NCBI GenBank assembly: GCA_020891255.1
Contig: BQFW01000004.1
Span: 434,001 to 498,000 of the forward strand
DNA: 64,000 nt
Direction: 5' to 3'
From: Entomortierella parvispora E1425
Lineage: Eukaryota; Fungi; Mortierellomycota
Every line of letters starts with the position of its first letter. Position 1 is the stretch's first letter. Positions 32,850 through 43,450 of this stretch are shown here, in pieces. The notes under the pieces were generated by a model. It saw only the letters and a list, made by a program, of their open reading frames with translations, was not told where the DNA came from and made no database searches. Position numbers and translations under genes: made by a program.

Positions 32850-34193
32850 TTACTGGTGGAGCTCATCGCCCTCAGCGGCAACGGCAACCTTTGGCTCTGG
32901 GATGTGGGTGGGCGAGATAAAGAACTTGACCTTCTCCTGCACGCGGTCCAAGATATCAATCTCGACTGGGCCACGGTACTTGGCAAAGAGGGGCTCCTCA
33001 TCACGACCCATATCCAGATCCTCCTTCTCCATATCCTTGGTCTCTGCGAATGCAATCTTCATCACAGAGTTACCTGCATACTCGACACAGTCATAACTGT
33101 TGAAGAGGGCAAAGATCTTCTTGTGGAAGTTGCGGAAGCCAATCAAGTTCTTGAAGGGGATGTAGCCAATGGGTTCCAATCCAGTAGGGGGCACTGAGAA
33201 GTAAGCCTCATCCTGGGGGATCTGAACAGGCTCCGGCTTTGTCTCGACGGCCTTCTCTGTCTTTGCTGCTGCTGCTTCAGGGGTGGTGGCTGTGGATGCT
33301 TCTGTTGATGATAATGACTCTGATGATGGTTCTGATGGTGTTGATGATGTTGACTCTGATGATGACTCTTCAGTCTTGGTATCCTTGATCTCCTGCTCCT
33401 CCTTCTTCTCCTCGGTAATCTCCTGGACGACGATCACAGGCTCGGGGTCATCCAGACTCTGCAAACAACCGTCGTTATAACCCTGGAGAACTTCGCCCAA
33501 GGCAATACGTCCCAAGACCACAATACCATCCGAGATGGACTTCAAGGGAACCACAGGCGCAGCCTGCTCTTCTTCCGTCAAGACAGGGACCTTGCCAGCA
33601 GCGATCTGACGCTTCTTGCGGACATCTGCCGCCACCATGGCCTGGATCTGTCCAGCAGCCAATCCTTCCCTGACCTCGTAGTCAACAGCAGCGGCATCAA
33701 ACACGGGCTAGATCCGATCAAATGAAAGATGGGCAACGTAAAAAAAAAAAAAGAGCGTTAACAACAACCATCCGACAAGACAAAAGAAAACAAGGGCCAC
33801 AAGCAACAAAAAAAGTTTCTTCCGGTCTTCCCGTCCTCGTCCATTTACCTTGACAAACTGCTTAAAGTAATGGCGGGTCTTGTGAATGCCATCGCCAGGG
33901 GGTGCGGTCAAATAGACAGTGACCTTGCGGGGCATGTCCTGAACGCCACAGGGCTGTTTGGCGAGAATGTCGACCTTGTCCGCGACCCGCTTCTTGGCAT
34001 CGACGGTCAAGTAATGATCTCTGGTGACCAAGCCTCCAATGGTTCCGACAGTTCCCCAAAAGATCATCCATCCACGGCTGGGCAACTTGGCACGGAGCTT
34101 TCCTGCAATCGTCGTGGGTGCAGGGGGCTTGGGTGGGGTTGTGGTGGCCGAGAGAGGCACCTTTGGCCTTGGCTCAGGGTAGGCAGGCTCCAT
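32850..34193 (-). CDS. TIM54: Mitochondrial inner-membrane import translocase subunit Tim54; exons 34193-33849, 33707-32850
   Basis: KLPSRGWMIFWG, RKVTVYLTAPPGDG and FKQFVK|PVFDAAAVDYEV are characteristic Tim54 motifs. The phase-0 intron 33848-33708 (GTAAAT...TAG) restores them. Confidence 0.9.
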
Positions 34194-34843
34194 TGTGATG
34201 TTGTCTTGTGTCGATGGTGAGGAAGAACAGGAAGCATTTCTTCTCCCTGATCTGGGCAGAGTAAATATTCAACTGGCGAAATCGCAGTCACGTGCAGGAT
34301 GTCACGTTTGCTCTCGTGTGGGCGATCTCTCGTTGTCTCTTTTTCACCTCCCACTGTCCTTGCCGCCTTGACCCTTTCGTCTCTTTGCCTCCTAGTAAAG
34401 CTCATCGCTGCTGTGCCCCGAGCTCGGACAGATTGCCTTCTCTTTTTTCCTTTGTTTTTTTTTTTTTCGGGCACTTTTTTTGGATTTTATTTCCTTTCAG
34501 AATGGGTTTTCTAGATTTTTTTGTTCTTTTGCACTGCAGGTAAGGGATGTGTGTGGAAGAGAAGGGCAACAAGAAGTAAAGACTTTTGTGATGAAGAGTA
34601 TGAAACGACTGCTATGGTATTTTTGTTGAAGAGTAAAAGTCAAGAAGATGGGTTGGCGAACCTATCCCTCCTTGGACATGAGAAATGTGACAAAAAAAAA
34701 ATATATATATGTGAAATGGTAAGAGTTGCCCACACTGGATGCAACTCCTTGGTTGAGTATTGACAAAACTGACCTCTGGACAACGGTGGACGGCCTGAGA
34801 AACTCATGGGGGAGAGCGGATCGTTGATGATGAAGCTGTTCTG

Positions 34844-36334
34844 CTACTTCTCATTCTCGCTCTCGTCCTCGTCCTCCTCTTCCTCTTGACCTTCATGCGA
34901 AACCTCATCAACATGTCGATCAAAATCCTCGCCACAGTTATGAAGGATATAGCTAAGTGAGTGTCGAGGTTCAACGTCCATGACGGCTGTGCAATATCGA
35001 TGTGGAGGACCATGGAGGGTCGACGTCGCAGCTCTCGAGCTGAAGAATGATCCTTCTCTGTTCTCCGTTGACCATGTCGGCGCCCTGAAAGATGGTGACA
35101 GAGGCTCCTTGAACCTCTGATTCTCTTGTTGATCGTCAATCAATTCTAGATGAGGGGGGTTGACAATCTCATACTCAAAATCCATTTCAAGCGGGGCAGG
35201 GGATGGTGCCATGGACCGGGCATGTAGATCGGTGGACGATCCAACACTTGCGCGGGTAGAAAATGATGGCGAGCGTGGTTCAGCCCAATTGAGCCATTGG
35301 CCAAGGGACTCCATTGGGGGGAGTGGCAACTGAGTCTCGGCGATAGCATTGTGCAAAGCCATAGCCAGGAGCGATGACGACGACGAGGACATGGAGTGAG
35401 AACGGGGCATCTTGCATAGGTCATCTTGAGGCCAGAGAGGATCGGGTGAATGTCTCCGATGGGGTCCTGTTCTGCAAAGTGAGGGCGACGGAGAATTTGG
35501 ACGGGAAGTCTTGTAGAGGCCATCTCGGGACAATGGAATACTGGGGGACAGCCTTGAATGGGACTCTGTCCAGGAAAAGGGAGACAACGATCGAGAGCTG
35601 CAGCGAGATGTCATGGAGTGACCATCTTCAGACGAGTCGATTTCGATAGGCAGACTCGGATGCGTTCCTGTCGAGGATAGTTCAGGCGAAGGCGAGGGTT
35701 GAGGCGACAAGTCCGGACTTCTGTCAAATGGCATGTCCGAACAGATGCTACAAGACATACCACTGTCGCCTTCGGTCAAGGAAGGGGTATACACGGACGA
35801 ATTGGTTGAAGTCGGCGAAGGTGGATATCCCTGACCATAATCGTAGATGAACATCTGCTGGTCTTCAGACTCGACGTCTTGAGTTTGAAATTGCTGTTGC
35901 CAAGGCGGGATTGGTAGCAGAAGATGTGGCTGCATATTCGAGACCAACGTATCCCTACCAGGCTCGTCTTCATCTGAAGGAGGGTCGATATCAATAATCA
36001 TCCCTGCGGGAGCTTCCATGGGCTGGAAAGGAAGTGTACGGCTTTGTTGGTTAAGCTTTTTTAAGTTTGGCAATTGGACCGGTTTTCAAGGTTCATGAAA
36101 GAAGGTGCGCCTGCTGTAAGCAGCAGGTGAGTCAGCTGTATGTACCTCAGGGGAAGGCGTGCTATCCTCAGATCTAGTCCTCTCCTCCAAGAACAAGCTT
36201 CCGCTGGGTTCTGAAGGTTCTGCTTCATCGTCGTCGAGAGGGTCCTGAGGGTCCTCCTGAGTAGGACTGGGGCTGGAGGCATGGTGGCGAGTGGGTCGAT
36301 TACTGCCAATGACCTTTGTGGATGGGTTACTCAT
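34844..36334 (-). pseudogene. Ser/Pro-rich disordered protein gene split by one in-frame TGA (36088-36086); nonsense allele, pseudogene or recoded stop
   Basis: ORF 36086..36334 (ATG start) and ORF 34844..36073 are in the same frame, separated by TGA AAA CCG GTC CAA. I found no plausible intron removing the stop. Confidence 0.5.
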
Positions 36335-37452
36335 ATGTCAGGAGGAAAGTGTGAGATGGTCGAAATGAAAAGAAAAGGAAAGAGAGAAACAACAAAGCAT
36401 TGCGCGAACATATAGCCAGCCCTGTTATGTATGACTGCGCCATCCTGAACGATGCGAGGGCAATATCAATAGAGGATGAATCTGCCGCTGCAGCTGAAAG
36501 GTGTTTTTTTGTGGGGACGAATGGGATCACAAAACGACGTTAGACGAGATGTAGCGAGCAACGCTGGATCGCACTGGTGAAGTCGTTTGGTACATGTACC
36601 TGTTGATTTCCTGCATGCAACTAGGGGCTATTTTTTTTTTGTTTTCGACTTTACAAGGCATAGCGGGAACATCGAGCATAGATGTACAGATGTACATGTA
36701 CCATACCCTGAGAGAAGGGTGGGGTTGGCCTGAGCGATAGCCAATTGCTAGTCAATAAGCGAATGCCTGAGGGGAGCGGTACAACAGCCAGTGGCGGACA
36801 ACCCCAACCAAAAACACTGTTTAGTATCAGGTCCACCTTCCAGCACTGTAAAACACACGGGCGCGCAGGGGTACAAAAGGACAGATCCTACCTCACTCCA
36901 AACGCTCGCAGGCATGGACAAATGACCTGAATCCGTCCTTTTTTTCTTTTCTTTTTCTTCTTTACACCAACATAAATAACTTTGCCACTGCCCTGCGGAG
37001 GAAATTCAGGCCGGATAAAACTCAATTGCATTAAACCATCCGACGATGTGGTTTGCAAAGGGACGGGAGTCTTCTTTGGAAGCGTGCGGTATATTGAGTA
37101 TGTGTGTACAGAATGAATGAAAGCAAAAATATTGAACGAAATTGGGGTACAGAAACCTATTTTGATACGAAGGGTGGGTATGGGTTGAATATAAACAGGG
37201 GGGGACAATATATACAGAATAAGCTTTTGCAACGGTCAGCAACGTCGAGGAGAGACAAAAAAACAAGATTGATAGAGGGGTATTCAGAGTATAAGTAGGC
37301 GGGTCGATCGCTACAAGTCCGCCGTGTGAAAGCATGAGAGAAAGAAGGGGTAGCAGAAAACAAAAAGAAAAAAAAAGAGCTGCGATAAAGAGTAAAACTA
37401 TCGGCAAAGTTCAATCTCAAACTTCTACTCAGCCCTTGATGGTCAACTGTCC

Positions 37453-38937
37453 TCATGCCTCACGCAAACAGGTCCTGCCTTTAGGACAATCGTGATGATC
37501 TCGCTCGTGATGTCGATCGAGGGGCTCACTTCTGGTGAACGTCACTTCACAACCACCATGTTTGCAGGCAAATGGTTTTTCGCCCGTGTGGAGTCGCTCA
37601 TGTTTTACCAAATCACCTTTGGCCGCAAAAGTTTTAGTGCAGTCCTCCCACACGCAGAGAAAAGGGCGCTCCTTGTCGTGAACGCGCTTGACGTGCATGT
37701 CAAGGTTATTCTTTCGGCTGAACCATTTGAAGCACTGGGAACAAGAGGCTGCGCCTACGGAAGAGGCCCGAGAACGTTTGGAAGCACGGATGGCTCCTCC
37801 TTGGACAGTCGAAGCAAGCAGCAAAGGGACGGGCGCCACACTGGCGCCCATGGCCTCTGCCAACAGGACGATGGACTCGCTTTGACGTCTGGGACATGCA
37901 GGGAGTACCCTCGGAGAGATGCTGGCACTAGGCTCGGCTCCATGGGGACGGTCGCCCACGGGGTAGGGAGCCGTGCCGGGAGCGCTTTTTGCTCTGGCTC
38001 TCTTCTTTCTTGACAGAGGAGACACGGGCGGCAGAGGCGACAATGGCTCGATGGGAGATATCGCGTCTAAAGTTTGATTTCCCTGGCCCGGCTGGATCTC
38101 AAAATCTGAGACCAACAAGGGTGGTGATGATGAAACGGACATCTGGTCTTCAATTGCGCCAAAAAGATTTTCGGCGTGCGGACTCGTGGCCATCAACGAG
38201 CACGGATCCGAGCTCTTCAGGGACAGGCCGGCCATTTGATCCCAGTACATGGTACAGTCAACGGCGGATTCCCCGAACGAGTGGCTGTCGTTGAGAGCAC
38301 ACACTTGCAGGGAGAGGTCACTGGCTGAAATAGACGCTGGGGAGGAAAATACAAAGATGCCTTCCAAGTTGGTTGGGAGGGGATTGTGATCGACACAGAG
38401 TTGGTCCCGTTGCCGGTAAGGTTTGTGTGGTTGTTGTTGTTGTTGCGGCAGCTGTAGCTGTACTTGAAATTGCTGCTTTGGCTGTTGTTGCGGCTGTGGT
38501 TGATATTGCAGGTCCTGTTGTGGGTGCGGCGAGTGCTGTGGGTGCTGTGTGGTCTGAGCAATCTGTTGATGTTGCAGCAAAAATGTATCGATCTCGAGCC
38601 ATTGATACGGCAGCGCAAGCCTACTCAAGTCCAAGGTGCCTGACAGAACGCCATCCAAATTCAACTCTGCTGCACAATAAGGAGTGGAGCTTGCGGTGTC
38701 GATGGCGCCGAGTGGCTCCACAGGAAGGGGCCGAGTCTGATACTCGGCTCTTAGCTGAGCGTGGTCAGCCTTCGATGAGCAAATGTGAGATAGAGAGTCA
38801 TCTTCTGTCCCATCCTCATAAGCGGAAGATAAAGGGGTAAGAGGTGTTGGGGGGTCTGCCACCACTGGACAGTCAAAGGTGGTTGTGACGCCAGGGCTGG
38901 GAAGAGCCATAATCCTTTTGGAAGTTGCGCGCAACAT
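37453..38937 (-). CDS. C2H2 zinc-finger protein (ZF-5), single exon from ATG 38937, Q-rich centre, three canonical fingers
   Basis: CSQCFKWFSRKNNLDMHVKRVH-DKERP-FLCVWEDCTKTFAAKGDLVKHERLH-TGEKP-FACKHGGCEVTFTRSEPLDRHH, with the canonical TGEKP linker. Confidence 0.9.
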   Translation of the reverse strand: MLRATSKRIMALPSPGVTTTFDCPVVADPPTPLTPLSSAYEDGTEDDSLSHICSSKADHAQLRAEYQTRPLPVEPLGAIDTASSTPYCAAELNLDGVLSGTLDLSRLALPYQWLEIDTFLLQHQQIAQTTQHPQHSPHPQQDLQYQPQPQQQPKQQFQVQLQLPQQQQQPHKPYRQRDQLCVDHNPLPTNLEGIFVFSSPASISASDLSLQVCALNDSHSFGESAVDCTMYWDQMAGLSLKSSDPCSLMATSPHAENLFGAIEDQMSVSSSPPLLVSDFEIQPGQGNQTLDAISPIEPLSPLPPVSPLSRKKRARAKSAPGTAPYPVGDRPHGAEPSASISPRVLPACPRRQSESIVLLAEAMGASVAPVPLLLASTVQGGAIRASKRSRASSVGAASCSQCFKWFSRKNNLDMHVKRVHDKERPFLCVWEDCTKTFAAKGDLVKHERLHTGEKPFACKHGGCEVTFTRSEPLDRHHERDHHDCPKGRTCLREA

Positions 38938-40106
38938 GGCTGGGTGGAGAGTGCAGGAGTGTGAGAATTTGTTCAATGGTGGAAAGAGGGTGAAGTGAAA
39001 GAAAGAAAAGAGGGAGAAAACAAAAAAAAAACACGGACACGCTGAGAGCGTGCGAGTCCCTTAAACCATATTACTTCACAAGTGAGCTCCGAAGAAGAGA
39101 GTGATCTTGTGCTCCATCTCCTGTTTAGTGTGGACCTCAAGAGTTCAATCGGTTGTAACGGTACCTGAACATTAGATTTGGTGAGCAAAAAAGAAACGCA
39201 AATGCTCGAGCTTCTCTGCTTAGTTGGCAGAGGAACCATCGATGAAAGTAACGAGATCTTCAGAGTCGGTCATTGAATGTTCATTCATAAAAGATATACC
39301 TTTATTGCACTTCTTTTCTTGCACCCCCTTGGATCAATGTCGAAGAAGAAAGGGAAAAAAAGAAGAAAAAAAAGGGAATGGAAATAGAGGAGAAATCCAT
39401 GCATAATACTACTTACATCTGTTCATTCCCAGAAACGACTCGCGTCGACGAGTCGTCTCCTTGGGAGCAAGATGATCACTTTACTGTCGCTTTCGAGAGA
39501 TTCTCCTCCATGGTTGTGAGTCCTGGCGAGCGACTTGAATGAAGGAAGCTTCTAACGCATGGCAGGTGACGCGTGATGGGATTCTCCCTCCCGCCTCCAT
39601 TGAATCAAGCTACAATACAACAAAGAAAGGTGCATGCTGATGTGTACTTGCTAATACTCTGTGCATGCGAGGGGCTGGGCCATCTCACCATCGGGTTCTC
39701 CCTTGAGACGGGAAGAAACGATTGCACGGCCGTGCATGATTTCTCTCAGGTCCCCGACTAGAATCGATTCATGAATGGAGCACAAACAACAAGAAAAAAG
39801 GAATACAATGGGAGTAGCAAGCAGAAGAAAGACAACTTTCCATCGCACCGCACAATAAAGTCGTCCTTAAATTTTTTTAGGAATACTCTAGTGTGGGATT
39901 GAATTGAAAGTTCAAACCCTCCCCCGCCCTTCTTTTCTTCTCTACCTCTTGCACTGCCACTATCAACGCGCCTGTCAGGCTGCTGGGCAGTCAGATAAGG
40001 CTCGTCGCGTTGAAGTCTCGCGTCAGGTTCAATTGATCACAGCGATTGGTAATGACTCCGGATATTCTCAAGCAACACGTATTATCACGGCGATTTTGTT
40101 TTATTT

Positions 40107-41718
40107 CTAAGCATGCCGGCACCCGTCTCCAGGGCATCGAAGCGTGCACGTACCCTGGTGCCGATCGCGTCTTTCACTTCTCTGGAACTTTTCTTTGCAA
40201 TTGAGATGGTTACAAACAAAGGGTTTAAATCGATCATCGTCCGGAAAGTGGATTCTGTAGTGACGGTCCGCGTCACCCTTGGATCCAAATCTCTTGATGC
40301 ACCCTGGAAATTTACATTCATGGTTTCTTTCCCGGTTGTGGACTCGACGGATATGAGTCTCGAGGTTGTGTAAACGTGAGAAAGGATGGTTACAGATTTT
40401 ACACACGAATTTCTCCGCGCCATCCTCTCCCTCCTCTCCCTCCTCCTCGTCATCATCGTCGGCATCTTCATCATCGTCTTGGTCTTCCAATTCGTCCTTT
40501 TCGGCTGGTGGGTCAGGCGAGGTTTTACTACGACTCCCAAGAGGCGGGCGCCGACCTCTGCTGCTTGCAGGGGCAACTCCGCTGGCAATGGCAGCTTTTC
40601 TAGTGGTAGGCGTAGTAGCCAACGAATGGGTCCTTCGTCGTGTGTTTGGACGGGGAGGTGACGGAGGGTTAAGACGCAGGCGCCGGGAATAACCCCGGCC
40701 AGGGCTACTGGTCGCACTGGTGCTACTGCTACCAACGCTGTCACGGAAATTCGAAAGAATATCTTGGCTGCTGCCGCTCTCTGATCTTTTTCTAGGGTTG
40801 GAGGATCCCGGAGACGAGAGGCCAGAAGAAGCACCATAAAACAAATTTTTGCTATCTTCCTGCTCTGCCTTCAAACCATCAAGTACCGAATCCACATCCA
40901 TCAACATAAGCGAGGGCGATGTTGGGTTGGACTTGACGGATACACATTGAAGGTGATCACATTCGCCTCCAGGACAAGGGAGAGAACAATCATTTTGGTG
41001 GCGAAATAGATCCCCCTCTTGAATAAAGGATTTTTTACATCCTCTGTGACAATTATAAAGACGGGGCGTGTTGGGATGTTGATGCCGGGTATGCCTCGTT
41101 AAGCCTTCAGACGTCTTGTACGATCCAAAAGACTGGTCGCTGTAGTGCACCTTTTTCATATGGGCAGTGCAGTTGTTTCGTTGTCTGAAGGATTTGCGAC
41201 AATGAGGGCACAGATATTGACCTGGGTCCTGAGGGGATGGTAGAGGCAACTGAGATGGTGCTGATGAGGCTGAAAAGGCGCTTGAGTCTTGGGCCATCTC
41301 AAGGTGTGGTGATGTGTTTGAGAAAGTGAGGACTGGTGTGGTTATTGATGTGCCTTGACCAGAACCAGACGACAGGGCCATCGATTCGTCCTCTTTGGAA
41401 GAGGATGAAGAGGGATCTAAAATGCCGCCGATCCCTTTGCCGGTGCCTGCTCTAAGAGTTTGAGCAAAGCCCTGGGAGTCCATAGAGTCAATATGAACCT
41501 CGCGAACATGGCGGTCCAAATTACATGGGTGGGTCGGATAGAGGGTGGGCGCGAAAGACATATGTAGGCCTTGGTGTTGTTGATATCCGAATTGTTGTTG
41601 CTGTTGTTGCTGATGGGGTAACTGTTGTGGTTGTTGTGTCGCCGCTAATTGTGGCTGCGCGTGTTGTTGCTGGAATTTCTGCGATGGATACTGTTGTGGA
41701 GAGAGTGGAAGCTGTTGG

Positions 41719-41783
<65 letters not shown>

Positions 41784-42389
41784 GAGCGACTGCGGGTGTT
41801 GAGAAGTCCACGATACAGAGGGAAAGGCAGACGTACTTGCAGAGATAGCGGTTGCTACCTCGGACTGTTGTTGCTGCAGTTGCTGCAGTTGTTGTCCTTG
41901 CTCCTGTAGCCAAACTTGTTGTTGGGATGCCGAGAAGGTGATACTACTCAGGTCGGATGGATGCTCATATGAAGTAGGACCACCGTATGTAATACTGTAG
42001 GACTCGGGGGCAATTGAGATTTGAGCATGGGTCTCTGTATGATGGATGCCAGTTCCAGAATCGACGATGGTAGGATCTTCCAGGTCCTCGTCGTCGTCGT
42101 CCTCTTCATCAGTATCCATATCAAGTGGCCTCACATCGCAGGTTCGTTGAGAGTTGGTGTACTGTTCCGACAAGAATTCAGGCACGGGGCGTGTGGGTTG
42201 TGGGTGGTTGTTCCTCTCGGCGCCTGGCGGTTGGATCTCCGCGGAGGAAGACTCGGACGAGGAAGAAGAAGAAGAGGACGAGGAGGAGCTGGAAGTCGTC
42301 GTGGATGAGGTAGAGTCTGGGATTGATTTGTTGGAGTCTGAACCCGAGCGGGAGCTGCTCGAGGATTTGGATGCTTGCTGGACAGTCAT
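40107..42389 (-). CDS. C2H2 zinc-finger protein (ZF-6), single exon from ATG 42389 (MTVQQASK...), polyQ/polyS, two separate finger modules
   Basis: Module 1: YLCPHCRKSFRQRNNCTAHMKKVH...YNCHRGCKKSFIQEGDLFRHQNDCSLPCPGGECDH. Module 2: FVCKICNHPFSRLHNLETHIRRVH, HECKFPGCIKRFGSKGDADRHYRIH, FVCNHLNCKEKFQRSERRDRHQGTCTLRCPGDGCRH. Confidence 0.9.
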
Positions 42390-43450
42390 CGAACAAAGAA
42401 AAGTTGCGGCAGCTCTCGGAACTCTGAAAGAACAAGGAAAAGGAGAATGTTGGAGAAAGAAAAAAAGAAAAAAAAAGAAACAAAAAAAAAAGAGGGGATC
42501 CTCTTGTGTTTTATTCTTGTGCTCTCTGGCTCCAAGGACAAACAAAAGCGTGGAAGCAAATTGAGCTTGAACAAAAGAGGAGCAACTGCCCTGCATTGTT
42601 GCTTTGCCTTGCTTCTTCGTCCCCTCCTCCTCTTCCAAAAGACGACGTGGGCCTGACCCACCCCTTGCCTCCAGCAACGCTGAGGTTTACTTTGCCTTAC
42701 CCTCCCTTTTGGAGGTGCCCACGGTCATCTGCTTTGCCTTTGGACTTGTATGGTACCTTGGGCAATGGGTCAGTCCAGAGTCTCTTTGCCTTTTCCCATC
42801 GACCCGTTGACTGTCGACTGCGTCTCCGAGGCAAAGCACAGAGTGTTCTCACAGCCACTGAACCTAAAGTGGACCCATGCAAACACGCAAGGCCTTTGTC
42901 ATCCAACTCCTTCTTTTTCGAACAGAACGTACACTGTTCTGGCGGTGAAGAATCAGGACCTGGGTCGACGAGTCGATGCGTCCTTCCCTGTCCATAAAGG
43001 AGATGGGTTTCATAGCAACATTCTCCTCTCCCTGAAAGAGAGAGGAGCGTCCTCATCATGCAAGCAAAACCATTTGTTGCCATCTCCCACGGCCCACCAT
43101 GGGGGCCACGGTCGCAACCTGGTCGAGCGCCTTATCTCCATCACCACCGGCAAACAAAACAGCCGGGCGCCGTCTTGTGAGCATCGATCCAAGAGATGGG
43201 CACAAGCAGCAACCCCCATCTCTCTTTTTTTCTTTTGGGTTCTGATCACAAATCTGCTGTGTAAGGGTTCTGTCGAGAAGGCTCAACGCCCCACTCTTTT
43301 GTGCTGTGTTTTTCTTTTCTTTGCTCTCATGTGGTTTGGGAACAAAGGGCAAAAAAATATAAAAACAAGAATGGTCCCGAGATTTTTTTTATTTCCTTTT
43401 TTTTTTTGAATAAAGTTGCAGCGAGCCTATTTCAGTGCGATATCCTATGG

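Noticed and set aside
39435-39456. 8-bp-arm hairpin ACGACTCG-N6-CGAGTCGT upstream of ZF-5
   Set aside because: Too short to distinguish from chance in 64 kb; no second copy found.
42750-43409. 219-aa plus-strand ORF between ZF-6 and PMC1
   Set aside because: No motif, no clear ATG context, ends in low-complexity sequence; probably promoter or UTR DNA.
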